Shown here: in pieces, positions 19,767 to 30,415 of the stretch
Position numbering within the stretch: the first letter of the stretch is position 1
How the letters are laid out: every line of letters starts with the position of its first letter
DNA from: Pseudomonadota bacterium
Lineage (GTDB): Bacteria; Pseudomonadota; Alphaproteobacteria; MPNO01; UBA2964
Assembly (NCBI GenBank): GCA_036339375.1
Contig: JAYZBC010000066.1
Coordinates: forward strand, 11,206 to 75,205
Length of the DNA: 64,000 nucleotides
Direction of reading: 5' to 3'
Position numbers and translations under genes: made by a program
The notes under the pieces: generated by a model
Databases searched by the model: none
Told to the model about the DNA's origin: nothing
What the model saw: the letters and a program-made list of their open reading frames with translations, nothing else

Positions 19767-22700
19767 ATGGCAGAAATCTCAACGATAACAACGACTTCTA
19801 AAAATGGCTGGCAATTCTGGATTGATCGTGGCGGCACGTTCACAGATTTTGTAGCTCAGGCGCCGGACGGCAAACTGACCACCCACAAGCTTTTGTCGGA
19901 AAACCCGGAACGTTACAAAGACGCAGCGATCCAGGGAATTCGGGAGCTCCTCAGTCTAGCCGAAGACGCGCCAATTTTGGAAGAGGCTATTGACACTGTC
20001 AAGATGGGCACCACGGTAGCGACCAATGCGCTATTGGAGCGTAAAGGTGACCGCACAGTACTGTTAATCACCAAGGGATTTCGGGACGCACTCAGAATCG
20101 GCTATCAAAACCGGCCCCATCTTTTTGCCCGACATATTGTGCTACCAGAGCTACTCTATGAGCGCGTAATAGAGGTTGATGAGCGTCTGTCGGCCGACGG
20201 CGACGTACTAATCGAAATTGATCTGGACAGCGCCCGTGACGCCCTAGAGGTGGCCCTTAACGATGGTATACAATCAGCTGCAGTTGTGTTCCTGCACGGT
20301 TATCGTCATCATACTCACGAGATTGCGATAGCTGAACTAGCGCGAAAAGTCGGTTTCAGCCAGGTTTCGGTTTCTCATGAGGTGAGCCCGCTGATGAAGC
20401 TGGTAGGCCGTGGCGACACCACAGTTGTTGATGCTTATGTCTCGCCAATTCTTAGGCGTTACGTCGATTTGATATCATCAAATTTAGGAGAAGCGCGCTT
20501 AATGTTCATGCAATCGAATGGAGGGCTCGCGGACGCACGCTATTTCCGTGGTAAGGATTCGATCCTGTCCGGGCCGGCGGGCGGTATCGTCGGCGCAGTC
20601 CGCACCGCTGCTATGGCAGGCTATGACAAAATAATCTCGTTTGATATGGGGGGGACTTCTACTGACGTCGCGCATTTTGACGGCGAATATGAGCGAGCCT
20701 TCGAAACACTGGTTGCTGGTGTTCGTATGCGAGCCCCGATGATGCAGATTCATACAGTGGCTGCTGGCGGTGGCTCAATACTCCACTTCGATGGTACACG
20801 CTACAGGGTTGGTCCAGATTCAGCTGGCGCGAATCCGGGTCCATCATGTTACCGTCGAGGCGGGCCCCTTTGTGTCACCGACGCGAACGTGATGGTTGGA
20901 AAAATTCGCTCCGAGTTCTTCCCTCGCGTATTCGGTACAGACGGCAACGAACCTTTGGACGAAACAATCGTGCATGAAAAATTTACCAAGCTTGTCGCTG
21001 AAATTGAGCGAGAGACTGGCGATAAGCGTTCGCCTGTAGAGGCCGCAGAGGGTTTTCTAATGATCGCGGTTGAGAACATGGCTAAAGCAATTAAACAGAT
21101 TTCGATTCAACGCGGCCACGATGTTACCGGATACACCCTGAACAGCTTTGGTGGCGCAGGAGGGCAGCATGCTTGCCTAGTAGCTGACGCGCTTGGTATC
21201 AAACGGGTTTTTATCCATCCTTTTGCTGGCGTTCTTTCGGCCTACGGTATGGGGCTTGCAGATCTCCGAGTCATGCGGGAGCGCGCTGTGGAAGCAACTC
21301 TAGACGACGCTTTGATCAAGGACTTGAAAAATATCTTCGCTGAAATGGAGGCTGATGGTCGTATGGAGATGGAGCGCCAAGGCGGCGATGCAGCACGCAC
21401 TAATGTCCTTCACAAAGTACATTTGCGCTACGAGGGGACGGATTCACCACTAATCGTGGACTTTGCCGATTCTCTATCAATGGTTGGGGAATTCGAAGTG
21501 GCTCATCACCAGCACTACGGTTTCATTGCGCCTGAAAAGAGCCACATCGTCGAGGCTATCAACGTTGAGGTAATTTCGAGCGGTACCGATGTTGCCGACC
21601 CCGAACTTGAAATTGGTCCAAGCGATCCGCCCCCACCGCTCGCCGAGGTTGATACCTATATGGCCGGTGCATCGCATCAAACCTCAGTATATGACCGCGA
21701 GACAATGAATCCTGGGTGCCGTATTATCGGCCCAGCGATCATCAAAGAAGCTATTGCCACTACTATACTAGAGCCTGGCTGGGGCGCCGAAGTAAATAGC
21801 CGAAATCAGTTGGTGCTCACTCGTTTCGAACCGCGCCTATCCCAAACCTCAGTTGGTACGGAAGCGGATCCAGTCATGCTTGAAGTATTTAACAACCTTT
21901 TTATGTCTATTGCTGAACAAATGGGTGTAGTACTTAAAAACACGTCCTACTCAGTCAACATCAAGGAGCGGCTTGATTTCTCCTGTGCAGTGTTCGCCGC
22001 TGACAGTAGCTTGGTCGCCAATGCTCCTCATATTCCAGTACATTTAGGATCCATGAGCGAAAGCGTGAAGACAGTGGTCGAACAGCGCGCGGGAACCATT
22101 GTGCCAGGGGACGTGTTTATGCTTAACACGCCTTATAACGGCGGCACTCATTTGCCCGATGTCACTGTAATCACGCCAGTGTTCGACAGCGCAGGCAAAG
22201 ATATCCTGTTTTATGTCGCATCGCGGGGCCATCATGCAGAGATCGGGGGTATCACACCTGGCTCTGTACCACCTAACTCGACCCATATCGACGAGGAAGG
22301 TGTTCTTATTGATAATTTCCAACTCGTCTCTGGCGGCCGGTTGCTTGAAGCAGAGACTGAAAAGTTGTTCACTACCGCACCCTATCCGACGCGCAATTTC
22401 CGCCACAACCTCGCCGATCTCAAGGCACATATCGCGGGCAATGAGAAGGGTGTTCAAGAACTCCGCAAGATGATTGAGCATTTTGGGCTCGACGTAGTCC
22501 ACGCCTACATGAAACACGTTCAGGATAACGCTGAGGAATGCGTCCGTCGTGTGCTGGGCGTGTTGACTGACGGTTCATACGAGTACGAAATGGATTCGGG
22601 CGCAAAGATTTGCGTGGACATAAAAGTCGATCGTAAAAACCGTGAGGCAATTATCGATTTCACCGGTACCTCGCCGCAACAAAATTCCAATTTCAACGCG

Positions 22701-23396
22701 CCCTCGTCGGTTTGTATGGCCGCAGTACTTTACGTGTTCCGGCTCATGGTCGACGACGAGATTCCACTCAACGCAGGCTGTCTTAAGCCACTCAAAGTCA
22801 TCATCCCAGAAGACTGCATGCTAGCTCCAAAGTATCCTGCTGCCGTAGTCGCGGGCAACGTTGAAACAAGCCAGGCAGTAACTAACGCGCTAATTGGAGC
22901 ATTAGGCATCATGGCAGCGGGCCAGGGAACCATGAACAACTTCACCTTTGGCAATAACGCCGGCTACCAAAACTACGAGACCATCTGCGGTGGTGCTGGC
23001 GCTGGCCCTGACTACGACGGCACGAACGCGATTCACACCCACATGACGAACACACTGGCAACCGATCCCGAGATCCTAGAATGGCGCTTTCCGGTCGTAC
23101 TCGAATCTTTCTCTATCCGTGAAGAATCAGGTGGTGCTGGCAAGCACCAAGGCGGAAACGGTATCATCCGACGATTGCGCTTCGAAGAAGCTATGACGGC
23201 AGCTGTGGTCTCAGGGCACCGTCGTGTGGCACCGTTCGGCATGGCTGGCGGTGCACCCGGAGAGTGTGGTCACAACTATGTAGAACGTGCCGACGGAACC
23301 GTCGACGAATTACTGGGAACTGACGGCACAGAGATGAATCCAGGTGATGTGTTCGTTATCAAAACTCCGGGTGGTGGTGGCTACGGAACAGCCTAG
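19767..23396 (+). CDS. oplA: ATP-dependent 5-oxoprolinase/hydantoinase, fused A+B domains
   Basis: [52 protein letters not shown] and TPGGGGYG; 1209 aa. Confidence 0.92.
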   Translation: MAEISTITTTSKNGWQFWIDRGGTFTDFVAQAPDGKLTTHKLLSENPERYKDAAIQGIRELLSLAEDAPILEEAIDTVKMGTTVATNALLERKGDRTVLLITKGFRDALRIGYQNRPHLFARHIVLPELLYERVIEVDERLSADGDVLIEIDLDSARDALEVALNDGIQSAAVVFLHGYRHHTHEIAIAELARKVGFSQVSVSHEVSPLMKLVGRGDTTVVDAYVSPILRRYVDLISSNLGEARLMFMQSNGGLADARYFRGKDSILSGPAGGIVGAVRTAAMAGYDKIISFDMGGTSTDVAHFDGEYERAFETLVAGVRMRAPMMQIHTVAAGGGSILHFDGTRYRVGPDSAGANPGPSCYRRGGPLCVTDANVMVGKIRSEFFPRVFGTDGNEPLDETIVHEKFTKLVAEIERETGDKRSPVEAAEGFLMIAVENMAKAIKQISIQRGHDVTGYTLNSFGGAGGQHACLVADALGIKRVFIHPFAGVLSAYGMGLADLRVMRERAVEATLDDALIKDLKNIFAEMEADGRMEMERQGGDAARTNVLHKVHLRYEGTDSPLIVDFADSLSMVGEFEVAHHQHYGFIAPEKSHIVEAINVEVISSGTDVADPELEIGPSDPPPPLAEVDTYMAGASHQTSVYDRETMNPGCRIIGPAIIKEAIATTILEPGWGAEVNSRNQLVLTRFEPRLSQTSVGTEADPVMLEVFNNLFMSIAEQMGVVLKNTSYSVNIKERLDFSCAVFAADSSLVANAPHIPVHLGSMSESVKTVVEQRAGTIVPGDVFMLNTPYNGGTHLPDVTVITPVFDSAGKDILFYVASRGHHAEIGGITPGSVPPNSTHIDEEGVLIDNFQLVSGGRLLEAETEKLFTTAPYPTRNFRHNLADLKAHIAGNEKGVQELRKMIEHFGLDVVHAYMKHVQDNAEECVRRVLGVLTDGSYEYEMDSGAKICVDIKVDRKNREAIIDFTGTSPQQNSNFNAPSSVCMAAVLYVFRLMVDDEIPLNAGCLKPLKVIIPEDCMLAPKYPAAVVAGNVETSQAVTNALIGALGIMAAGQGTMNNFTFGNNAGYQNYETICGGAGAGPDYDGTNAIHTHMTNTLATDPEILEWRFPVVLESFSIREESGGAGKHQGGNGIIRRLRFEEAMTAAVVSGHRRVAPFGMAGGAPGECGHNYVERADGTVDELLGTDGTEMNPGDVFVIKTPGGGGYGTA

Positions 23397-23426
23397 AATT
23401 CCACTAAATGAGAGGCTTATTTGAAA

Positions 23427-24371
23427 TCAGCCAAGTTCTGGCAGTATTTCGGCAGCGATCAATTCAATCTGCTCCATGTCAAAACGGTAGGGAACAAGTG
23501 TGATCTGCTGAACACCGGCTTTGAGATGAGCCTGAAGTTGCTCGATGCATTCTTCAACAGTGCCGAGTATCGCACTATCAGTAGTTGAATCACTCCAGCT
23601 AGCAAAGTCCCATTCAGTATTAAGCCATGTCAACATCGGGGCTTCGACATCTTTACGTGATTTTCCGACATAGATAGGAAGCTGGTTAATACTCTTCAGG
23701 GTGTCCGGATCCTTGCCAGCTTCTTTGGCAAAGAAGCGAACCTTGTCCCACGATTTCACAAACCCCTCGGTTGTATAGTAGTAAGTCAGCCAACCATCGC
23801 CGGCCACGCCGGCACGTTTGAGCACGCGATCAACATACCCACCGATCAGGATCGGGGGACGTGGCTTTTGCACCGGTTTTGGTGACAACACCGCCTCAGC
23901 AAATTCATAAGGCGGATAACTTCCAGTAACCGAATCCTCCTGCCACAACCGGGTCAAAATCTCGAGACTTTGGTCCATGATGTTGCCGCGCTTATTAAAA
24001 GGCACACCAATGGCGTTAAACTCCCGCCTGTACCAACCGGATGCCAAGCCAAGCGTCAAACGACCATTGGAAATTTGGTCAATGCTAGAGAGCTGCTTAG
24101 CAAGTACCACCGGGTTGCGCGTCGGCAACACAAGGACACCAGTCCCAAGCCGGATAGTTTTGGTGCGTGCTGCAACAGCAGTCAACACCGAAAGAGAATC
24201 TAGGATTGGAAAATAAGGATCGACGCCGAGCAAAATATGATCCCACACCCAAACCGATTCGTAGCCTAATTGCTCCGCACGAATTCCAAAATCAATCAAC
24301 GCCTGAGCGTCTGGCATCTCCGGCGCTGCGGTGAAGTTCCGCATTGCAATGCCTACGATGTTACTTGCCAT
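23427..24371 (-). CDS. luciferase-like (LLM) oxidoreductase, possibly F420-dependent
   Basis: GYESVWVWDH, RLGTGVLVLPTRNPVVLAKQ and PKPVQKPRPPILIGG motifs. Confidence 0.85.
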   Translation of the reverse strand: MASNIVGIAMRNFTAAPEMPDAQALIDFGIRAEQLGYESVWVWDHILLGVDPYFPILDSLSVLTAVAARTKTIRLGTGVLVLPTRNPVVLAKQLSSIDQISNGRLTLGLASGWYRREFNAIGVPFNKRGNIMDQSLEILTRLWQEDSVTGSYPPYEFAEAVLSPKPVQKPRPPILIGGYVDRVLKRAGVAGDGWLTYYYTTEGFVKSWDKVRFFAKEAGKDPDTLKSINQLPIYVGKSRKDVEAPMLTWLNTEWDFASWSDSTTDSAILGTVEECIEQLQAHLKAGVQQITLVPYRFDMEQIELIAAEILPELG

Positions 24372-24413
24372 ATTGGTTCCCTTTTTCTAGTTAAGCCTGC
24401 CGGATGGGCAAGG

Positions 24414-25184
24414 TCAGGCGATGTAAACACGGTCGGGGTCAAACTCACGTAGCACAGCAAGTTCGTCATCGGTCGGGGGTTCGGTGATCTTTATTTCGTT
24501 GTCAAATAGCAGGTCAAAGCCGGTATTTTCCCGCACCTGCTCAACGCTCACGCCAGCATGCAGCGCCTGAACCTTCATGCGTTTGCTCTCCTCGTCGAAG
24601 CCAAGGATGGCAAGATCAGTAATGACCTCGGCAGGTCCACCAGTAGTCAGGCCAGCATCGACGCGGCTTGACCCACCGTGCCAAAATCCAGTGCTGGTAA
24701 CGAAGTCGACTTTTTCAACAAACCGCCGCTTCTCGTGTAGCATCGCAACGAGCATTTGAGTCAAGCTAGCAATATCGTTGCCGCCGCCTGTACCGGGTAG
24801 ACGGATTTTGGGGTTATCAGCATCACCAATAAACGACGAGTTAAGGTTTCCAAATTGGTCAATCTGGGCACCGCCCATGAAACCAATATCGACATAACCG
24901 CGCTGCAACAACAGCAGCACGTCAGTATTGGACAGCACCATGTTAGCGCGGCGGGTACAACGTTGCTCGTTGGTAGACGGTGGCAGCTCCCCGGGCACGA
25001 TGAAAGGACCCAGGGTGCCACCCTCGAACAGGATCGTCAGTCCGGGTGCATGCATGCGTTGTGCCAGCGTCGCCGCCAGTAGCGGAATGCCAACGCCCGC
25101 GAAAACGGTCTGCCCGTCTTTGAGAAGCCGACTGCTCATTACCGCGAGAAGCTCGGATGCGCTGTGCCCTCCGTTTTCAGTCAT
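24414..25184 (-). CDS. family I CoA-transferase beta subunit (GctB/CatJ-like)
   Basis: VFAGVGIP, ILFEGG (catalytic Glu), GGAQIDQFGNLN and RLPGTGGGND; ATG at 25184 overlaps the alpha-subunit stop. Confidence 0.88.
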   Translation of the reverse strand: MTENGGHSASELLAVMSSRLLKDGQTVFAGVGIPLLAATLAQRMHAPGLTILFEGGTLGPFIVPGELPPSTNEQRCTRRANMVLSNTDVLLLLQRGYVDIGFMGGAQIDQFGNLNSSFIGDADNPKIRLPGTGGGNDIASLTQMLVAMLHEKRRFVEKVDFVTSTGFWHGGSSRVDAGLTTGGPAEVITDLAILGFDEESKRMKVQALHAGVSVEQVRENTGFDLLFDNEIKITEPPTDDELAVLREFDPDRVYIA

Positions 25185-26130
25185 TGTGGACGCTCCTACC
25201 CCTAATAGTAGCATCGATAAGGTTATCCATTCCCAAAAGCTCAAGGTAGGCGGCCCAGTTCTTTGGACCGTAAACAAAACGCTCGAGATACTCCTTTATG
25301 CCTGCCACGGGATCCTTCGTCGTTGATTCAGCATAGGCATCCAGGTTAGGAAGGAATGGCTCGTAGACGCCGTAACATTCATGAGGCGCACAGCCATAAG
25401 GCACCTCAACCACCGCGTCGACGGTTATGAATGGAATCCGGGTCTGGTCAGGCTGGCGTCTAATTTGATCGTTGGAAACGATGCGTTCAGTGGTGAGTAT
25501 AACTTTGTTCGCCGCCATAGCTATATCCGCATCCATAAACGGCAAACCATCCATTTGAGCATTGCCGTATGGATCGCAGCGCTGGACATGGATCAACGCA
25601 ACGTCCGGGTTGAGCGCGGGGACCAACAGTAGCTTGTCGCCAGTATACGGACATTCCATTTCGTGCGTGTCGTCTATACGCTCTCCTACGTCTGACCCCA
25701 TCATGGTACGGGTCGGCATGAACGGCAAGCCCATAGCCCCGGCGCGGTAGCGCAGTCCAATCGCCATGTGGCTCCATTCTTCGAACCGCGCCAACTTGTT
25801 TTCAGTGTAATGACGCATCACTTTGGAAACACCCCAGACAATACCCTGGCTGAACCAGCTTGTAACGATGTGTCTGCTCGCGCCAGAACCGTAAAATAGA
25901 TCTCCTTCAGTCGAAGTGATGCTACGTGACACCGTGAGGTCCTTGCGTCCGGCGCGGATCAGTGCCCAAACAATTGCCATTGGCGTTCGCGATAGAGTGC
26001 AACCACCAAGCGCCACATGATCGCCGTCGACAACTAGCGCGGCCGCATCTTCGAGCGAAACCACTTTGTCGCGCAAGCTACGGTTGCGCGCTTCAGTTTC
26101 TCTCCGAACCTCAGAGTAAGATTTGATCAC
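25177..26130 (-). CDS. family I CoA-transferase alpha subunit (GctA/CatI-like)
   Basis: RYRAGAMGLPF, CPYTG, PALNPDVALIHVQRCD.YGN and VPYGCAP motifs. Confidence 0.88.
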   Translation of the reverse strand: MIKSYSEVRRETEARNRSLRDKVVSLEDAAALVVDGDHVALGGCTLSRTPMAIVWALIRAGRKDLTVSRSITSTEGDLFYGSGASRHIVTSWFSQGIVWGVSKVMRHYTENKLARFEEWSHMAIGLRYRAGAMGLPFMPTRTMMGSDVGERIDDTHEMECPYTGDKLLLVPALNPDVALIHVQRCDPYGNAQMDGLPFMDADIAMAANKVILTTERIVSNDQIRRQPDQTRIPFITVDAVVEVPYGCAPHECYGVYEPFLPNLDAYAESTTKDPVAGIKEYLERFVYGPKNWAAYLELLGMDNLIDATIRGRSVHND

Positions 26131-26168
26131 AATGTGTCTACCTCCCTCCTAGAACCCAAACCATACGG

Positions 26169-27656
26169 TCAAATGCCGGTTCGTTCATTGAATTCTTCAA
26201 TCAATCTGTCCCACATCGGCAACACTTTACGCAGATCTTTCCAAAAACGCTGATCAGCTCGCTGATCAAATTCCTCTAGGCTCACGCCCCGCTGCTCAAC
26301 CCAGGTGAAATATCCGAGATTAAAGATCCGGCGACGCTCTCGATGACCAGTCTCTATATAATGATCGCCGTCAACGCCAATCAAGTGGCGGGCGTATGTC
26401 TCTCCCGCCGCCACAGCGTCAAAATCACCAGAAAAATCCGCAGCCACTGTCTTGTCGCGTTCGCTGTCGTAGAGGCCCGAGCTGTCAGTGGCAACGGTAA
26501 CAATCAAATCCTGCTCGGTTAGATCGAAATAGCGAGCAGTTTTAATTGCGGCCAATATGTTGGCAATGCCTGAGAGACCAAGGTGCCCAAATTCAATAGC
26601 GGCGCTCGAATCAATACTCCGGTTTTTCACGAGATAATCACGACCTATGTCGGTGTTGAACAACACGTTCAGCCTATCGCAGCTTGCATCTGAGACACCA
26701 GCCACAGCATCAGTGTTCATGACGTTTTGTATCAGAGGAATGTGCTTGTCGCCGATGCCCTGAATATTGTGCGCGCCATAACCATTGTAAAGCATAGTTG
26801 GGCACTCGATTGGCTCGACTGCGACGGTCCGCGCGCCGTGCTCGGCCTTCAGGTAGTCGCCCGCAGCTAACGTACCACCCGAGCCTGTCCCTGCAACAAA
26901 GGCCGCAAGCTCCAGGCCGGGGTCTTTTTCTCTAAGGTGGCAATACACTCTTTCTAATGCCGGCCCTGTACAGCGAAAATGAATTAGATAGTTGGCAAAT
27001 TCGGAGAACTGATTGAGGATAACGTTGGCCGAATCTCTGGCAAGTTCATCGCAAGCATCGTAAATCTCCTTTACGTTGCTCTCCGAGCCCGGTGTCCTAA
27101 TGATGTCTTCGGGCTGGTTAATCCAGCGTTGCAGCCATTCAAAACGTTCGGCGCTCATACCCTCAGGCAAAACTGCAACGCTGCGACAACCAAGGATTCG
27201 TCCGATAGCGACACCGCCTCGGCAGTAGTTTCCTGTCGAGGGCCAGATTGCCCGGTCGCGGTCAGGATCGAACTGCCCCGTCACGATACGTGAGACCAAA
27301 CATGCATAGGCTGCAAGCACTTTATGCGCTCCGATCATCGGAAACCGGTCGCCAAGCGCAACGGCTATCGGCGCATCAACGCCCGTGAGTTCTCGCCGCA
27401 GTACGATAAATCCCGGCGTAGCCACTGTGCCAAGGCCGCGCTCATCGTTAAACCAATGAACACGAAACAGATTCACGGGATCGGGAGCAGAAATATCGAC
27501 ACCAGCAACCCTTGCCGAAACTTTAGCAGGAATTTTTGAGGGGTCTGCCAATTGTTCCAATGTTGGCAAGAGCACGCCTGCCGTGCGGAGATGCTCGACA
27601 GCACTGTCATAAGCCTTCCGGTCGACGACCTCTGTTGGGAACTCTCCGAACTTCAT
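26169..27656 (-). CDS. PLP-dependent fold-type II enzyme (cysteine synthase/threonine synthase superfamily), substrate unknown
   Basis: GAHK PLP-lysine, STGNY, GTGSGGT phosphate loop and IQGIG; 495 aa. Confidence 0.8.
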   Translation of the reverse strand: MKFGEFPTEVVDRKAYDSAVEHLRTAGVLLPTLEQLADPSKIPAKVSARVAGVDISAPDPVNLFRVHWFNDERGLGTVATPGFIVLRRELTGVDAPIAVALGDRFPMIGAHKVLAAYACLVSRIVTGQFDPDRDRAIWPSTGNYCRGGVAIGRILGCRSVAVLPEGMSAERFEWLQRWINQPEDIIRTPGSESNVKEIYDACDELARDSANVILNQFSEFANYLIHFRCTGPALERVYCHLREKDPGLELAAFVAGTGSGGTLAAGDYLKAEHGARTVAVEPIECPTMLYNGYGAHNIQGIGDKHIPLIQNVMNTDAVAGVSDASCDRLNVLFNTDIGRDYLVKNRSIDSSAAIEFGHLGLSGIANILAAIKTARYFDLTEQDLIVTVATDSSGLYDSERDKTVAADFSGDFDAVAAGETYARHLIGVDGDHYIETGHRERRRIFNLGYFTWVEQRGVSLEEFDQRADQRFWKDLRKVLPMWDRLIEEFNERTGI

Positions 27657-28198
27657 CCCTTGCGCCCACCCTCTACCTGATCGATGAGGTTCTATTTACG
27701 AATGCAAAAACATTATCTTTATTATGCATTCTAGTTACGATTTGGGTTCTTATAATTATCGGTATTTTATTACTATGTCTAGTATCAGAAGGTAAGGGTG
27801 CTAGTGGGGTTTTAAGTAATTTTTTATCTTTACGTGACATAGGTTTCTTGTTGAGAGGTTTGTATAGAAGTTTTCACCATCTCAAACTAGGACACCGTCC
27901 CAACATTAAAAGCATTGACTCCAAGAAAATGTATCTCACCGAAAACAGGTAATCTCCTTGATCAAAGCCGCCAAGGGAAAACCAGGGCACCGCGTTTGAG
28001 CCCGGACCCTTTCTGGTTGAAGGTCGTAGATTAGGATTTCTATTTGGTATTTGATGTGAAAAAAGCCGCGGCGGCATCAAATATCTTAAAATTGAAAAAC
28101 TGAAAATTACTAATTGAGCGTAGTTTGATGATAAAAATTTTATTATCAGGTCCAACTCCAGTTAATATGCTTAGAACTAGAAAAATCATTACATTATT

Positions 28199-28630
28199 TT
28201 ATGGCCAACTTTGATCTTTTGTCATTTCTTCTTTTTTGCGTATAAAGGGAATTTTTGCCTTACAGTAGGTATGTTTTTCCACTAACTCCTCATTTACAAA
28301 ATGTAAAAGATCAAGCCCTCTATAAGCGCCTGAACGATCTTTCTCCTCTAAAGTGAGAACCCAGCGTATCATAGCTTTTCCCTCGTCAACGTCTAAAAAT
28401 ATGTCTTCGGTGTAAAAGCGCATTTTACCAAAAACACCGGAAAACTGGGGCCGAAACGCTTCCCTAATCGCCTCCTTACCTATATTGCGATTACCATTAA
28501 ACTCATCATAAATTCCGTCTTTAGAAAAATATGACATAACCTCGTCTATGTCCTCACGATTGAAAGCTTCAGTGAAATCAACCACTAATTTTTGCAATTT
28601 CGTGCGAGCTTTGTCGCTATTTGACATCAA
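28199..28630 (-). CDS. SnoaL/NTF2-like domain protein
   Basis: FTEAFNREDIDEVMSYF..DGIY, GKEAIREAF and RGLDLLHF...LVEKHTY pattern. Confidence 0.8.
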   Translation of the reverse strand: MMSNSDKARTKLQKLVVDFTEAFNREDIDEVMSYFSKDGIYDEFNGNRNIGKEAIREAFRPQFSGVFGKMRFYTEDIFLDVDEGKAMIRWVLTLEEKDRSGAYRGLDLLHFVNEELVEKHTYCKAKIPFIRKKEEMTKDQSWP

Positions 28631-28712
28631 TTTATTCCTCAGTATTTTGGAAGATTTTGACTCTCTGTTTAATGACTATTTTTGTGTTAAATTTTGTAAA
28701 CAACAACTTCAC

Positions 28713-28741
28713 TTGACGATAACCAGTCTGCACACCAGAAT
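28713..28741 (+). promoter_or_regulatory. candidate sigma70 promoter for the acyl-CoA ligase
   Basis: TTGACG, 17 nt spacer, CAGAAT, followed by an AGGAG RBS and the ATG at 28773. Confidence 0.42.
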
Positions 28742-28772
28742 CCACCGGCAGTAAAAAAATAGGAGTTTTAAA

Positions 28773-30362
28773 ATGGCACCCAAGGTAGGTGGCACACCGC
28801 CCGGCGGCAGACATGACTACGCAATTCCGTTCCGTTCAGTCGGCCACTTGCTAACCACTTACAAAAATAGAGAAGCTGATAAACTCGCTTTGTTCGATTT
28901 AACACAATCCAAAGGAATAACCTTTGGCGAACTTCATAAATGGGCTAACAAAGTAGCAAACTGGCTGGTAGGCAAGGGTATACAAAAAGGTGACCGAATT
29001 GCCCTTTTAGGAGAGGAAAGTTTAGAAAAATTACTTCTTTGGATGGGTATTTGGCGCGCCGGGGCAGTTTGTTGCCCTACAAATGTGGAAATGAATATTA
29101 CCTATGTCGCCGAAATTATAGGCCAATTAAATTGTGTCTTGGCTATTTATGATACTGACCTGGATATCCGAAAAATGACAGAAGGAACTCAAATAGAAGC
29201 GGTTAAATATGGGCAGTGGCACAAAAAAGTAGGGGGAAACAAGGATGGTGAAGGTTTGTTTTTTGAGGTCTCCGAGGTTCCTGCAATACCGGAGTGCGAC
29301 AGGGACTATACAGAATTTGATGATGCAACTATTTTTTGTACTTCGGGGACAACAGATAAACCTAAGAACTTCCTTATTGACCATTTAGCTCACTGGTCTT
29401 TTGCTATGTCAACAATTGATCAAATTGGTTTGACTGAAAAAGACAAAACACTTGAATTTCGTTCATTTGGTTGGAACTCCCCTCAAGGTTTATCAATGAT
29501 ACCGTGGCTGGCTACTGGTTGTACCTTGCATATTGCAAGAAGATTTTCGCATAGCAATTTCTTTAAATGGATAAAAGATCACGAAATTACATTTTCTGTT
29601 GGAATTCCAACTGTGATTAACATGTTGTTAGACCGGCCTACAGGAATTACCGCAAAAGATGTCCCATCCTTGCGGCTAATGAGTTCCTCCACAGCGCCCT
29701 TAAACCCTGACCGATGGAAACAATTTGAGGAAACTTACGGTATTAACCTTCTTCAATTTTTTGGTTGCTCAGAGGGAGGTTGGGTTTGCGGCAACCGCCA
29801 TTATGCAAAAAAATACGGTACCGTTGGCCCACCAGCAAAACATCAGGAATTTTTACTGATAGATGAAGACGGTAATGCTGTCCCCCAGGGTGAAGAGGGG
29901 GAGGTTTCCCTGGGTGGCCCACAGTGTGCAAAAGCCTCCATGACTGCAGACGGCGTATGGGAAAACCTACAAGGAAATAGAATACGTTTGGGTGATCTCG
30001 CTGTAATGGATGAAGATGGATTTATAACGGTAACCGGCCGTTTAAAAGATCAAATTATTCGAGGAGGTGTGAATATTTCTCCAGTGGAAGTTGACAATGT
30101 AATGATGCAACACGAAAAAGTGTATGAAGCGGCTGCTGTGGGCGTGCCCGATAAAATTTATGGGGAAGAAGTTATCGCCTACGTCGTAATTCGGGATGGA
30201 GAGACGCTAACGAGCAAAGAAATTAGGGCTCATTGTTCTGAAACTCTCCCCGATTATCGCCTACCCAAACAGTTTTTCTTTATAGATTCTTTACCTAAAA
30301 ATGATCGGGGAAAGGTTCGACGACCAGACCTCCAAGAGTTATGGAAAACTGAAAATTGTTAG
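28773..30362 (+). CDS. AMP-forming acyl-CoA ligase
   Basis: TSGTTDKPK, FGCSEG, GDLA...GRLKDQIIRGGVNISP and LPKNDRGKV adenylation motifs. Confidence 0.9.
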   Translation: MAPKVGGTPPGGRHDYAIPFRSVGHLLTTYKNREADKLALFDLTQSKGITFGELHKWANKVANWLVGKGIQKGDRIALLGEESLEKLLLWMGIWRAGAVCCPTNVEMNITYVAEIIGQLNCVLAIYDTDLDIRKMTEGTQIEAVKYGQWHKKVGGNKDGEGLFFEVSEVPAIPECDRDYTEFDDATIFCTSGTTDKPKNFLIDHLAHWSFAMSTIDQIGLTEKDKTLEFRSFGWNSPQGLSMIPWLATGCTLHIARRFSHSNFFKWIKDHEITFSVGIPTVINMLLDRPTGITAKDVPSLRLMSSSTAPLNPDRWKQFEETYGINLLQFFGCSEGGWVCGNRHYAKKYGTVGPPAKHQEFLLIDEDGNAVPQGEEGEVSLGGPQCAKASMTADGVWENLQGNRIRLGDLAVMDEDGFITVTGRLKDQIIRGGVNISPVEVDNVMMQHEKVYEAAAVGVPDKIYGEEVIAYVVIRDGETLTSKEIRAHCSETLPDYRLPKQFFFIDSLPKNDRGKVRRPDLQELWKTENC

Positions 30363-30415
30363 AGGCAAAAAAATGGAAAAAACTCACCAAGAGTGCATCA
30401 ATTTAGAAACCTTGT

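Larger units (their letters stand above)
19767..27656. other. GC-enriched block (candidate horizontally acquired segment)
   Basis: Hand counts of single 60-nt lines: 36/60 GC at 22381 and 39/60 at 25021, versus 16/60 at 40321 and 24/60 at 47341. AT-rich spacers flank both sides; no mobility gene seen. Confidence 0.7.

Noticed and set aside
20499-27539. Many 60-157 aa antisense or overlapping ORFs in the GC-rich block
   Set aside because: Shadow ORFs expected at higher GC; all overlap well-supported genes.
27536-28155. ORFs 27536-27952 (+) and 27874-28155 (-)
   Set aside because: No family motifs; the first overlaps the PLP gene antisense and the two overlap each other.
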